A stretch of 64,000 bases of DNA from assembly GCA_025358205.1 (NCBI GenBank), contig JANYKG010000070.1, positions 13,748 to 77,747 on the forward strand, written 5' to 3'. The position numbers and the translations under genes were made by a program. The notes below the pieces were generated by a model, which saw nothing but the letters and a program-made list of their open reading frames with translations, did not search any database and was not told the DNA's origin. This document shows positions 9,940 through 20,341 of this stretch, piece by piece; the stretch's first letter is position 1; every line of letters begins with the position of its first letter. This stretch comes from Armatimonadota bacterium. GTDB taxonomy: Bacteria > Armatimonadota > UBA5829 > DTJY01.

Positions 9940-9992
9940 ATGCAGCGGTAGTTGAGCCGCTGGTTCGCCGCGTCGGCGGTCTGCCCGGCAGT
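9935..9992 (-). pseudogene. degenerate fragment homologous to 3' end of the GH-like paralog genes (...NQRLNYRCIW...)
   Basis: About 70% nt identity to 13521-13580. Encodes a NYRCIW peptide in-frame, immediately after the WG-repeat gene stop. Confidence 0.45.
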
Positions 9993-12040
9993 CACCGAGG
10001 TCCTCTCGCAATGAAGCCGGACTTCCCGCCGAGCGTCACCCTGTCCAGGCCGTCCGAGAAAGGCTCCGCACGGTCGTACTGCAGCGGGATGACGACCTCG
10101 CCGGTGGTGTCTACAAAGCCGTATTTGCCATCGTTCTTCACCGGGGCCAGCCCTTCGGCGAAGGATATGGCGTCCTCATATTTCGCCGGGATGACCTCGC
10201 CGCAGCCCAAGCTTATGAATCCCCACTTATCATCCCTCTTGACCGCAGCCAGGCCCTCCTTGAAGATATCCACGCGCTGGTAATGCGGGGTGATCACTTC
10301 TATTCCATCCCGGCTGATGACGCCCCACTTGTCGCCCAGCATCACCGGAGCCAGGCCGCTTGCGAAGTCAAGCGCGCTGTCATAATGAAATGGGATGCAT
10401 ACACTCCCGGGCTTATATCCCGAATCGCCGCAGTGGATAAACCCCCATTTTCCGTTGAGCTTGGCTGCGGCTCTACCCCCGGCAGATGCGCTGAGTTGTT
10501 CGTACTTCGGCGCAACGACCTGCTTGCCGGTCTTGTCAATGATCCCCCACTTGCCGCCGGTCTTTGCCGCCGCAAGCCCCATGGAGAACTGGCCGATTCC
10601 CTGGTACTTCATCGGCACGACTAGCTTCCCTGTCTTGTTCACGACGCCATACTTGCCGCCGATGGCCACCCATGCAAGCCCTTGCGAGAACTCATAGCCG
10701 ACTGAGTCGTATCTCACGGGGACGACTGTCTTGCCCGTCTTATTGATGAAGCCCCACTTCTTACCCATCCGCACCGGCGCAAGGCCGTCCTTGAAAGGCA
10801 TGACGAAGTCGTACTTCGGAGCGATCGCCACCTTGTTCTTTTTGTCTATGAATCCCCATTTCCCGTTGATCTTGGCCCCCATCAGCCCTTCCTGGCAGAA
10901 CATGATCCCATCGTACTTCAGCGGGATCACCACATCGCCCAGTTCGGGAGTCGTGTGGAGAACCTCCACCTCGGGAGCATCGGAATGATCCGTGGGAGCG
11001 ATTGCCGGTGCGCGCCCGTCCCCCTTGGCAATGTAACCCCACTTGCCGCCGCTCTTCACAGGGGCCAGATCATACATGAAGGTGCCCGCGTCTTCGTACT
11101 TCAGAGGAATGACAACGGAACCCTTCTCATCAATGTAGCCCCACTTGCCGTTAAGCTCCACCGCGGCAAGCCCTCCGGAGAAGTTGCGCGCCCTGGAATA
11201 CTTCAGAGGAATGACTTCCTTCCCCTCCTTGTTGACATAGCCCTCAGTGCCCTCGGTGTAGCTTGCCACCGCGGCCAAGCCTTCGGAGAAGTTCTCGACA
11301 AGCTGGTACTTGGGCATGACAGCCCAGTTGCCGTCCTTGCCAACAAAACCCCATTTGTCGCCGACCTCGACCGCGGCCAGACCCTCCGAGAACTTGTGCG
11401 CGTCATCGTATATCAGACGAATGACCACGTCCCCGGTCTTGTCAATGAAGCCGTACTTCTGGTCCAGATTCACGGCAGCAAGACCTTCAGCGAACGGCGT
11501 GGCGCTCGTATATTTCTGGGTGATCACCTGGTTGCCGGCTTTGTCAATGAGCGTCCAGTGCTCGTCCAGCACCCAGGCCACCCCCTCTGTGAATGGCTGC
11601 GTGTCTGTGTACTTCGCCTCGATGACCTGCCGGCCCGCCATGTCAATATAGCCCCAACCACCGAACTCACCTTCGACCTCAGCGAGTCCGTCGGAGAATG
11701 ATTTTACCGATGAGTAGGTTTCGTGGACGGCATCCTTGCCGAAATCGTCCACAAAACTTGCGATATTGCCCGTCGTCACCCCTGCCACACCTTGGGAGAA
11801 GTCACACACTTCGCCATACTTGAGGGGGATGACGACCGAGCCGGTTTTGTCTATAAACCCCCATTTTCCGTCCATCTCTACGGCGGCGTATCCATCGGAT
11901 CCACCGCAGAAATCTCTGGCGTCCTCGTACTGGGCGGGGATGACGAGTTCTCCCGTTTCATAGGCGCTGGCAGGGGTCAGCGAAAGGATCCCCGCCGCGG
12001 CGAACAGTATCAGAGAAACAACTATGGATGGTCGTTGCAT
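9992..12040 (-). CDS. secreted WG-repeat (KWGFIDKTG) beta-propeller-like protein
   Basis: Signal peptide, then about 17 tandem repeats of about 35-40 aa containing (G/D)KWG(F/Y)ID and SEGLA(A/P)V. Confidence 0.8.
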   Translation of the reverse strand: MQRPSIVVSLILFAAAGILSLTPASAYETGELVIPAQYEDARDFCGGSDGYAAVEMDGKWGFIDKTGSVVIPLKYGEVCDFSQGVAGVTTGNIASFVDDFGKDAVHETYSSVKSFSDGLAEVEGEFGGWGYIDMAGRQVIEAKYTDTQPFTEGVAWVLDEHWTLIDKAGNQVITQKYTSATPFAEGLAAVNLDQKYGFIDKTGDVVIRLIYDDAHKFSEGLAAVEVGDKWGFVGKDGNWAVMPKYQLVENFSEGLAAVASYTEGTEGYVNKEGKEVIPLKYSRARNFSGGLAAVELNGKWGYIDEKGSVVIPLKYEDAGTFMYDLAPVKSGGKWGYIAKGDGRAPAIAPTDHSDAPEVEVLHTTPELGDVVIPLKYDGIMFCQEGLMGAKINGKWGFIDKKNKVAIAPKYDFVMPFKDGLAPVRMGKKWGFINKTGKTVVPVRYDSVGYEFSQGLAWVAIGGKYGVVNKTGKLVVPMKYQGIGQFSMGLAAAKTGGKWGIIDKTGKQVVAPKYEQLSASAGGRAAAKLNGKWGFIHCGDSGYKPGSVCIPFHYDSALDFASGLAPVMLGDKWGVISRDGIEVITPHYQRVDIFKEGLAAVKRDDKWGFISLGCGEVIPAKYEDAISFAEGLAPVKNDGKYGFVDTTGEVVIPLQYDRAEPFSDGLDRVTLGGKSGFIARGPR

Positions 12041-12209
12041 GGAACACCTCCGTCAGCATGCCATGGTAATACTGCGTTGGGTCACCGTTCCGCACGTCGC
12101 CCTCGCACTCCTCCACCTTACCCTCTCACCACGGCAGAAGAGGTGCGGGAAGTGTATGAGTCGGTTCTCCTCTAATCCTTTCCGTTTGGCGTTCTTGCGA
12201 CTTGGCGGT

Positions 12210-12330
12210 TTATTTCTTCCACACGCACCGATAGTTGAATCTCCTGTTCGGGGCGCTGTCGCCATTGACGCAGAGCGAGACTGCCGCACCAGCAGAAATC
12301 GAGTATGATGGCTTCGCCTTCTGCTACCAC
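12210..12330 (-). pseudogene. fragment of GH-like gene 3' end (...VNGDSAPNRRFNYRCVWKK*), directly downstream of the YcaQ-like gene
   Basis: About 110 nt direct repeat of 13510-13640 with one 18-nt deletion. Confidence 0.6.
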
Positions 12331-12331
12331 C

Positions 12332-13528
12332 TCAACTCGTGACCACGTCCGTCGTGCCATGGAAGCGTGCAAGCCGCCCAATCCCATCATCGATCATCCG
12401 ATGAATTGCGGCATCTTCGGTCAGTATCTCCCGTGTCTTGACTATCAGCCTGTTGCGGGTACGGTCCATCTTGCAGTCGATGTATCCCAGGAAATCGGCG
12501 CCAAGCAGTGCGGATAGCTGCCACTTCATCTGCTTCTTCCGGAAATACTCGAACTGGAACGTGTAGCCGAAGTGCCACAGCAACCAATTGCGGTCGCGCA
12601 CCAGGTTGTCCATGGGAGGAAGGAGTGAGAGCACCGCCCTGTCCGGTTCCGTCTCCATGCCGGACAAACACTCCGGCAGTGTCCAGTAGTCTCCCCGCAT
12701 GCCGTCGATCGCTACTCTTCTGACCTCGCCCTTGCTCCCCAGTGCCTCAACGCAGTCTTTGATCTCGACTGACTTGAAGCCGGTGATCTGCCGAATGTGG
12801 CTGACGTTGGTGACCCCGTAGGATCTCAGTACTCTCGATATCACCCAGCATCTTGCCTCGAACTCCGGCATATCCGAGTTCGGCCACGGGCCCGGGAGAA
12901 CCTCCGTCTTCAGCGCATATTCCGGCTCTCGGAAAGTGCCCCTTCTTCTACCTGTCACTATGATCTCGCCCCTGCGGAGCATGCGGTTGAATGCGGGGAA
13001 CACCGGGTCCGTCCTCTGCCGCCTCTCCCTCCAGATATCCATGACACCCAGGGAGTCCCACAACTCGTTCCGCGTGAAGGATTGCGCTCCACTCAGCACA
13101 TCCCTCAGGCGGTCCTCAGCCTTGCACGCCTGCACGCTGTCGCGCGCGTCCTGATCTTTGATCCTGTCGGAGGCGCCCCATCGTACGATGCTCTCGGCCG
13201 CCTTGCGGTATATGGCAAACTCATCTGTTGGCACAAAGAACGTATTCCGGCGAAAGGTGAATGCCTCGACGACCGAGCGGCTCCGATAGGCTTCGCGGTC
13301 CAGATCCTCCACGGCGAAACCGGGAATGCGGTTCCACAGCACCATGTACTGGTTGAGGTGGATGACAGGGTTGGGGTCATATTGGATGCCTGCCAGTTGT
13401 GAGGCGACTTCCCGCACACCGCCCCCACGCGCGTGCAGCATCTGGCTGCGGATGATGATCCGCCTTGCCTGATCTATGGTCAGCCTCAGCGTGTTCATCA
13501 GCGCTCTACCTACTTCCGCCAGATGCAC
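12332..13528 (-). CDS. YcaQ/AlkZ-family winged-helix DNA glycosylase-like protein (DUF1006)
   Basis: Pattern similarity to E. coli YcaQ throughout, e.g. IDCKMDRTRNRL versus MDAKMHRQTGIL. 398 aa. Confidence 0.6.
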   Translation of the reverse strand: MHLAEVGRALMNTLRLTIDQARRIIIRSQMLHARGGGVREVASQLAGIQYDPNPVIHLNQYMVLWNRIPGFAVEDLDREAYRSRSVVEAFTFRRNTFFVPTDEFAIYRKAAESIVRWGASDRIKDQDARDSVQACKAEDRLRDVLSGAQSFTRNELWDSLGVMDIWRERRQRTDPVFPAFNRMLRRGEIIVTGRRRGTFREPEYALKTEVLPGPWPNSDMPEFEARCWVISRVLRSYGVTNVSHIRQITGFKSVEIKDCVEALGSKGEVRRVAIDGMRGDYWTLPECLSGMETEPDRAVLSLLPPMDNLVRDRNWLLWHFGYTFQFEYFRKKQMKWQLSALLGADFLGYIDCKMDRTRNRLIVKTREILTEDAAIHRMIDDGIGRLARFHGTTDVVTS

Positions 13529-15471
13529 CTGTAGTTGAAGCGCCGGTTCGGGGCGCTGTCGCCGTTGACGCAGAGCGAGATCGGGTCAAGCAGGTCTGAC
13601 GGATTGTCGCACCAGTGGAAATCGAATGTGATGCTGTTTCCTTCCAAGCCCAGGAGTTTGCGCGGGATTGCCACTTCCAGGGCCTTTCCGCTGTATCGGT
13701 AGTCCAGTTTCGCGACCTCGTTCCATGATTTGGCATCGGAGTCATACCGCATCAGAGTCGTGGTCTTGTCATCCACGATGCTTTTGTTGATGAGGTAGTC
13801 ATAGCCGAACCAGCCGGTCTTGGGGTCGTGGTCGGCGTCTATCAGGAGCAGCATCCAGTTCGGGGCGGTGTGCGGTGTGAGCGCATCGTTCGTCTCAGCA
13901 TAGAAGTTGACCATATCAGCATCCACAGCGACCTTGCAGGTGATGATGTCGTTGCGGCCTGAGTCGTTGGAGTAGTGCAGCCCGCCGTAGCCCTTGTAGT
14001 CGCGGTGCGCGGTATCGCCGACCGTATCCCTATACTCAACCTTCGCCTGCGCCCAGTCGCCAAAATCGCCGTCTATCTTGATCGGACTGTATCCACTTAG
14101 TTCCGGGATGGGTCTGACGCCCTTGTACTTGCGGATGTTCTCGGCCATCTGCATGTAGTAGTTGTCGGTATAACCGCCCTTCATCGGCGAGATGCAGCGG
14201 TTAAACTCAGCGTTATACTGGTCCACGAAGAAGTAAGGGTTCTTGCGGCGCATGAAATCGGCCTCTCCGTACTTGCCGGCCGTCCACTCGTTCCAGTCGT
14301 TGATGTACAGAAATTGCGGATTGCTCTTGAGCGCCTCATCCCACCGCTGCTGGAAGTAGATGCCGTAGCCCTCGGGGCGCTCGACCGTCTTGCCGAGCCA
14401 TGGCACGTAGGTCGGCACAGGCAGGTCCTGGTCGTTCAGTTCCGGCTCACCCTTTTGGCGAGTCCAGGACTTGCCGACAAGACTGGACGGATGCTGTCCG
14501 GGCGTCACGGCGGCTTCTTCCTTTTTGCCGTTGTGGGTCGAGACGAGTTCATCGGGTTTCAGTTTGCCGACGCGCGGATCGGCCATATCCAGGCCGAAGC
14601 TCCAGTTGTCTTCGGTGCCAACAAAGCGCTTACCCGCCCACTCGTAGTAACCCCACCACATTGTGCGAAGCGTGAAGAAGTCCTTCACTTCTTTTGTGTA
14701 GTCCTTGTAGTTCCGCAGCGCGTAGTCCGGATCGCGGTAGTGCGGGTTGGTCTTGTCCGTTACGGCAGCGGGGTCGTAGTGGGGGTTCGGATTCTGAGAG
14801 CCACCACCGTTTGCGTCGGCGGTCGGCGTGGCGTTGCAGAGCAGAAGTGGCTTGCCGTCCCACATGTACCATAGGTCTTTGTACTTCTCGGCCTTGTATA
14901 TCTTATCGTACAGGTCTTGCACCACGGTGATGACCGGGCCGTTGAACGCCCAGAAGCACATCTGTGGCACTTTGTTCCCTTCGGCCTTCATCTTCTCCAT
15001 AACCGGGAAGACCACGTCCCACTCGTCCCAATACCGCACGGCGTTGGTCACGTCCATCACCAGCACGTCCACGCCTGCGTCAGCGAGCATAGACATGTCT
15101 TTGCGGATGACGTATTCGTCCTTGCTCAAGAAGTAGCCGGCTTCCGGTTCGCCCCAGTGGTAGGAGCCTTCCGTCCACAGCGGATTCTTGGCGTCGAGGC
15201 GCGCGCTCGGGTCTTTCGCAAGGACCTTGGAGACATCGGCGGTGTACGGACTCTTCAGCGTGCCCAGCCCGTCGCTGTGCCAGGTGATGTAGAAGATGCC
15301 CACCACGCGGCGCTGATCGTGCTTAACAGTGCCGACGTCACGGAACCCCGGCATGGTTCTGCCGAGTGCATCGCTCCCCACCCAGGTGTCCGAGTAGATG
15401 TCCCTCTCCGCCGAATACGCCGCCCCCGAAATGAGGCCAAGACAAAGACCTAAGATGACAAATCGCCACAT
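13510..15471 (-). CDS. secreted TIM-barrel glycoside-hydrolase-like protein (GH99-like FY(I/F)(T/L)W motif), paralog 1
   Basis: Signal peptide. GIFYITWH and LADAGVDVLVMDVTN motifs. C-terminal beta-sandwich ending NRRFNYRCIWRK. Paralog of 26848..28611. Confidence 0.6.
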   Translation of the reverse strand: MWRFVILGLCLGLISGAAYSAERDIYSDTWVGSDALGRTMPGFRDVGTVKHDQRRVVGIFYITWHSDGLGTLKSPYTADVSKVLAKDPSARLDAKNPLWTEGSYHWGEPEAGYFLSKDEYVIRKDMSMLADAGVDVLVMDVTNAVRYWDEWDVVFPVMEKMKAEGNKVPQMCFWAFNGPVITVVQDLYDKIYKAEKYKDLWYMWDGKPLLLCNATPTADANGGGSQNPNPHYDPAAVTDKTNPHYRDPDYALRNYKDYTKEVKDFFTLRTMWWGYYEWAGKRFVGTEDNWSFGLDMADPRVGKLKPDELVSTHNGKKEEAAVTPGQHPSSLVGKSWTRQKGEPELNDQDLPVPTYVPWLGKTVERPEGYGIYFQQRWDEALKSNPQFLYINDWNEWTAGKYGEADFMRRKNPYFFVDQYNAEFNRCISPMKGGYTDNYYMQMAENIRKYKGVRPIPELSGYSPIKIDGDFGDWAQAKVEYRDTVGDTAHRDYKGYGGLHYSNDSGRNDIITCKVAVDADMVNFYAETNDALTPHTAPNWMLLLIDADHDPKTGWFGYDYLINKSIVDDKTTTLMRYDSDAKSWNEVAKLDYRYSGKALEVAIPRKLLGLEGNSITFDFHWCDNPSDLLDPISLCVNGDSAPNRRFNYRCIWRK

Positions 15472-15550
15472 GCCAAACTCCTCTGAGAAGTGATAGAAAG
15501 CCGTTCGTCTCCGCCACCGATTACTCCTCCTATGGATCAGGTCAGAACCT

Positions 15551-16678
15551 GTGTTGCCTATCGGTGTACCTATCCGCTACAATACCCGTGGAGGGTGGAA
15601 TGCTCGACGTAACGTGATCTGTGTTGTACTTCTGGTCTGCGGCATGGCTTCTGTCGGCTGGGGCAAGCTCACGCCGCTCTCAGGCGATGCGATGCCGGAT
15701 CCTTTCATCTCCCGCGACGCTTCGAACTGGTACATTACCGGCACCAAGCGCTATCTCCTCCAGGGCAAAAGCCTGACCCGAGACGCGCTCAAGCAAGTGG
15801 GCATGCGCCTGGATCTGGGGCCGAGAGCGCGGCAGATGTGGAGCTTCAGCCTCTACAAGCATACCGACGGCAGCTATCATGCCTACCCATCGCTTAATTA
15901 CGGCAACTGGAAGACGGAGGTCGCTCATCTGGTTCCCGCTGACGGAGAGAAGTGGACCGACGGACATCCCATCACGAGATGGCGGCTGGATAAGGTGATG
16001 GTCGGCGATTCGAAGCACGGTCGGGGCGCGTATGACGGCAAGGTGATAAGGGATATAGACGGGACGCTCTACATCATTTACGTGCAATCGGAACCCGGTG
16101 ATCGCAATAGCTGTATCTGGGCGCAGAGAATGCTGAATCCGGGCACTCTCGATCCCTCCTTCGCCCCCCGAATCCTCATCCGGCCTGAGGGTTATCCCTC
16201 AGAGGATCGGAATCCCGGCTACATTCAGCTCATGGAGGGCGCCAACTTCACCAGAATAGCCGGCAAGTGGGTCATGTGCTACTCGGTCGGAGATTTCGCG
16301 CTGGACAACTACAAGCTGGCGGTGGCTTTTTCTGACACGCTGATTCCGCCGGAGGGGAAGTACTACCGGAAGGTGCTGACACCCGATCCAAAGAATCTCT
16401 GGGGCAACCCGAGGCCGGGGAAAGAGGACAAGTACCTTCTTCAGTCACAGAAGCCGGACTGGCCGAACTACTGCCGGAAGTTGGTTGCCGGTCCCGGGGT
16501 TGGCAGCATCGTGAACGTTGATGGCAAGTACCGGCTGGTCTTCCATGGATGGATGCCTGAGACCGACAACGCCAAGCGGAAAGGCGCTCAGCGGTACATG
16601 TGGATGATTCCGCTGGAAGTAAACCTCTCCAGCAAAACGCCGATGGACCAGTGGATCAGGCCCATCCTTCCCAAGTAG
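15551..16678 (+). CDS. GH43-like five-bladed beta-propeller glycoside hydrolase
   Basis: MPDPFISRDASNWYITGT N-terminal Asp motif. YIIYV and further propeller-blade motifs. Confidence 0.6.
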   Translation: MLPIGVPIRYNTRGGWNARRNVICVVLLVCGMASVGWGKLTPLSGDAMPDPFISRDASNWYITGTKRYLLQGKSLTRDALKQVGMRLDLGPRARQMWSFSLYKHTDGSYHAYPSLNYGNWKTEVAHLVPADGEKWTDGHPITRWRLDKVMVGDSKHGRGAYDGKVIRDIDGTLYIIYVQSEPGDRNSCIWAQRMLNPGTLDPSFAPRILIRPEGYPSEDRNPGYIQLMEGANFTRIAGKWVMCYSVGDFALDNYKLAVAFSDTLIPPEGKYYRKVLTPDPKNLWGNPRPGKEDKYLLQSQKPDWPNYCRKLVAGPGVGSIVNVDGKYRLVFHGWMPETDNAKRKGAQRYMWMIPLEVNLSSKTPMDQWIRPILPK

Positions 16679-16824
16679 TGGATCGCCGGTTACCGTATGC
16701 ACGGCTGTATCCTGGTAATGCGCGGATCAAAGCACGCAGGCACGGAGCAAGAACCAGCACCATAACAAATGCGAGAACTGAGCGACGCATTTGATGAAAC
16801 TCCGATCTCAAAAGCCTTAATCAA

Positions 16825-17559
16825 CTAAGCTGTGTTCAAGGGCTTTCTTGCTTTGAAGATGATAGAACTGGGAACTCTGGCCAGCAGATCTGCAGGAGGG
16901 CTCCACTCTGTAGGCCCGTGTTTGTCATCCGGGCAAAGTTCCAGCATCCGGTCGACGGTGAAACCGCTATCAACCAGCACATTGAAGTAATCGCTAATAG
17001 TTCTGTCGACCTGAGAAAACGGAGAATCGGTTTCAACGCCCTCAACATGCAGGCCTGTGTCGAAATACGAGCGGTTGAGCGTCATAGTATTCCAGTCCAG
17101 AATCTCAAGGAATGGGTGGGTGCCACCGAAGACGAACACCCCGTCGCGTTTCAATACTCGATAGACCTCACTGAAGCATGCAGTCAGATCTTCGACATAG
17201 ATAAAAGCGTTAGATGAGAACACAATGTCCTGGCTTTCCGAGGCGATTGGTGTTAAGTCCGACATATCTTGTTGAAGCAACTCGACCTGAACTCCGTGTT
17301 CCTTCGCAAGTTCCTGTGCAAAATCGATTTCTGATTTGGCGAAGTCAACCCCGGTTACGATGGCACCTCGTCTGGCAAACGCAATGGAGCACTGCGCTCC
17401 TCCGCAGCCGATTTCGAGGACTCGCTTGCCATCAACAAGGCCGATCAACTGCACCTGGTCCTCGCTCACGTCGCCGTACAAAATGTCAATTGGGTGCTGA
17501 AGTTTGCCCTGAACAGCCCGTCCGTGACGTTCCCACCATTCTCTTGCTATTTCTCCCAA
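16825..17559 (-). CDS. class I SAM-dependent methyltransferase
   Basis: VLEIGCGGAQCSIAFARRGAIVTGVD motif I. VFVFGG post-I motif. Confidence 0.75.
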   Translation of the reverse strand: MGEIAREWWERHGRAVQGKLQHPIDILYGDVSEDQVQLIGLVDGKRVLEIGCGGAQCSIAFARRGAIVTGVDFAKSEIDFAQELAKEHGVQVELLQQDMSDLTPIASESQDIVFSSNAFIYVEDLTACFSEVYRVLKRDGVFVFGGTHPFLEILDWNTMTLNRSYFDTGLHVEGVETDSPFSQVDRTISDYFNVLVDSGFTVDRMLELCPDDKHGPTEWSPPADLLARVPSSIIFKARKPLNTA

Positions 17560-17679
17560 TGTATTCCTCCGTCGAATCGTCTACCTGAGTTTTTGGCTTC
17601 CCAGCTTAGTATAGGGTTCCCGGTTCATCGCCATCTTCTGTGCTGCGCCCGCGATGTGGTCTATCTCGCGCTTCTGCTC

Positions 17680-17710
17680 GGGTTCAGCGGCTTGGGATGA
17701 CGCTGAACCG
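17680..17710 (-). terminator. hairpin GGTTCAGCG-N11-CGCTGAACC downstream of 17848..18171 gene
   Basis: Perfect 9-bp stem followed by a second small hairpin GTTAGCaggCTAAC. No U-tract. Confidence 0.3.
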
Positions 17711-17847
17711 GAATCTGCCGTCCGAGTTCGTTAGCAGGCTAACGCACGTCCAGTCCTATCGCCCGCCATAATCAGCTATTCATCCCTAACCAACGCTCTT
17801 CCTTCTTCCACTACCTCACCTTCCAGTCCACCGAATAATGAGCGTAG

Positions 17848-18171
17848 TTAGGCACGCGCATCTTTTCGCATGTGCGCGGTGATGGCAGTGATTGCCGCAT
17901 GGCTTGTGTCATATCGCGCGGGCATATCCGCCGGTTCTTCCAGCATCAGTGCGACAAAGCTCTGAGATAGCGCATAGGAATGCACGTAGATGGGGTCGAT
18001 GCTATGGAAGGAGTCGAGAGACCATCTCAGAGGATCGGCATAGGTTGTGCCCAGGTGCTGGCTGTAGAAGTCGGCACACTGATCGGTGATCGTGGCGATC
18101 TTTTCTTCATCGGTTAGGTCGGTACGTTCAGCGGAGGCCCAGAGCGCATCCTCGGTCAGTATACTGGCCAA
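17848..18171 (-). CDS. hypothetical protein
   Basis: 107 aa ORF from a TTG start. Frame stays open upstream to about 18290 with no ATG or GTG. Confidence 0.35.
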   Translation of the reverse strand: MASILTEDALWASAERTDLTDEEKIATITDQCADFYSQHLGTTYADPLRWSLDSFHSIDPIYVHSYALSQSFVALMLEEPADMPARYDTSHAAITAITAHMRKDARA

Positions 18172-18358
18172 GATTCGGTTGTGCTCAATACGGCAGAGCC
18201 GTCGGTGTACCGTGAGCCACGCGGTGATCGTTTCATCCGGGCGTTGTGGAAAAACCCAATATCTATTTCCTGAGCGATGCAGGATAGCTAAGGGTATACT
18301 TCACTGTTTTCGTCGGATATGCGCCGGGCTACGTGACTGCAATAGGTCAGCGGCGATG

Positions 18359-18721
18359 TTAATCGCCGGTCTTGGCCCGGTTATACCCGCGGTCTCCATG
18401 GGGCTGAAGCTTGTCGAGCCACTTTTCCTCGAGCAGCCGCAGTGATTCCTGCCTGGCAAGCGTCCCCACGTCTTTGTCGTCAAGCGCTTCCAGAACTTCA
18501 AACTCAAAGGCATCTTCGCCATACTGCTTCCACTCCGCCAGGAGTTCGGCGTTCTTGTGGCTGCCCATCCGGAGCTGGAAACGCTTGCCCTCCATGGTTT
18601 TCAGGTTGGGGGTCACCGTCACCAGCGCCTTCCCGTTGACGGTGTTCTTGATCTGAAACACCCCTGCCTCGGTCTTCATCTCTTTGTACGCTTGTTTCAA
18701 CTCTTCTCTGCGATCTGCCAC
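18359..18721 (-). CDS. small GIY-YIG nuclease family protein
   Basis: GVFQIKNTVNGKALVTVTPNLKT...R...H GIY-YIG core. EWKQYGEDAFEFEVLE tail typical of the roughly 110-aa family. Confidence 0.65.
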   Translation of the reverse strand: MADRREELKQAYKEMKTEAGVFQIKNTVNGKALVTVTPNLKTMEGKRFQLRMGSHKNAELLAEWKQYGEDAFEFEVLEALDDKDVGTLARQESLRLLEEKWLDKLQPHGDRGYNRAKTGD

Positions 18722-18763
18722 GATCTCACACTACCTTTCACTTGCACCTCTACAGAATAGTTA

Positions 18764-20341
18764 TCAATCTGAAGAGTATGTATGTCTTAAGATGGCCTCC
18801 ATCGCCGGATCGTGCCTGGCGAGGAAATCGTGAAAACTGGATTCCGCAGGAATGTCCGGCATTAGGGAAGGAGTATCATCAGCGGTTATCCGGAAGAACT
18901 TTGTGGAGTAGTCCACGGTCAACCCGGAATTCGAGAGTTGGAAACGCTTGATCTGCCCGTAGCAGTTAGGTTTGCCCCCCGTCGGCTCACCGACCAGAAT
19001 CGCTCTTGCCTTGTCGCGAAGATCGTTTGCGTTCATTACGGCTGAAGAGAATGTATTGCGCCCGATTATCGCGAAGAGATGCCCTCTGCGCTTGAATCGA
19101 GGCATTCCGGCGAGAGAAGCGATCAGAGGGTCCAGAAAACTGGATCCCCCACCTCCATTGTAGCGGAGGTCTATCACCAGTCGGGCGGTTTCATGTTCGC
19201 TAAGCAGTTCCTCAGTGTCGGCCTTGAGCTGCGAAACCGGGTAGCCGGGCGCGTCCTGGCACGTGTTGTACTGCACATAGACGGTGTTTTCGGTTGGCAG
19301 GTAGTCAACCCAGTATAGGGAGTCCAGCTTTCGGAAGGCCGGAGGGGGCGGTTTCTTGGTGAAATCTACCGCCGCGACGATATTGCCGAGATTTGCCCTC
19401 GGCACGGCCGTCACGTCAATGCACAGACCTTTGCCCGCCGTGGTGACGACTCTGAACTCCGCGCGCTTTGCACTCGGAATAATCCCCAGTGCGGCAAGGA
19501 ACCGGGGGTATTTGAGCATGAACGGTATTGCCCCCTTGAGCCACGCATCGTTCTCGTGAGAGACCGCCGTCGAGATCGCTTTGCCAGCGCTCTGGATATC
19601 CATGTTACCGATTCGCACGACACGCCCTCTCAACGCCTGCCGGTATTTCTCATCCGCCGCCACAATGAAGATGCCATCCTTGAACTGGTAGAAGTTCATC
19701 GGTAACACAGTAGTCAGGAGTGGATTGCCTTTGTTGGCGATGACTGTGTGACCATCTCCAACGGAGGCGGCCACTTTCATCAGCCCCACGATGATCTGAT
19801 CATCGGTCAGCTTCGGGATCTGCCGGTCGAGATCAGCCACCTCCTTGTAGAACTCCTCTTTCGTGAGCTTGAAGAAGAGATTCGTGTGCCTTGCCGGAAG
19901 CTCCTTGGCCAGATAGGCGAGATCCTCGTGCCAGCGCTGCGAGCGGCTCTTTCCGGCCTTCTCTTTGTTCGAGGTTGTGAAAGTCAATATGTAGGGTGTT
20001 ACGGGGACGTTCGGGTCAGCAGCGCTCCATAAGCCCTGAGTGAATGGCGGGTTGATCCATATGTCGTAGGTTATGCCCGGTCTCAGCGCGACGGGCAAAT
20101 CGCAGACCAGTCCACCTTCTCTGAACACCGGTTCGCTGGTCATATTGACCTCTTCACCTGAATAATCAAGAAACGAATGGCCGTCCGTTCGGACTGGGGC
20201 GTTGAAACGCAGCAGTATTCTCTTTGTCTTCGGATCAACAGATCTCGCTCCCGTGACCGGAAAAGTGTCCGCGATCTTTACCTCGGCCTGAGCAATGATG
20301 GTGATCCCAAGCAACAGCGCAATCCACACGTATGCTTTCAT
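18764..20341 (-). CDS. secreted S41 family C-terminal processing peptidase
   Basis: Signal peptide MKAYVWIALLLGITIIAQA. RLVIDLRYNGGG and ILVGEPTGGKPNCYG S41 motifs. Start ATG overlaps the stop of the upstream NTase gene (ATGA). Confidence 0.75.
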   Translation of the reverse strand: MKAYVWIALLLGITIIAQAEVKIADTFPVTGARSVDPKTKRILLRFNAPVRTDGHSFLDYSGEEVNMTSEPVFREGGLVCDLPVALRPGITYDIWINPPFTQGLWSAADPNVPVTPYILTFTTSNKEKAGKSRSQRWHEDLAYLAKELPARHTNLFFKLTKEEFYKEVADLDRQIPKLTDDQIIVGLMKVAASVGDGHTVIANKGNPLLTTVLPMNFYQFKDGIFIVAADEKYRQALRGRVVRIGNMDIQSAGKAISTAVSHENDAWLKGAIPFMLKYPRFLAALGIIPSAKRAEFRVVTTAGKGLCIDVTAVPRANLGNIVAAVDFTKKPPPPAFRKLDSLYWVDYLPTENTVYVQYNTCQDAPGYPVSQLKADTEELLSEHETARLVIDLRYNGGGGSSFLDPLIASLAGMPRFKRRGHLFAIIGRNTFSSAVMNANDLRDKARAILVGEPTGGKPNCYGQIKRFQLSNSGLTVDYSTKFFRITADDTPSLMPDIPAESSFHDFLARHDPAMEAILRHTYSSD

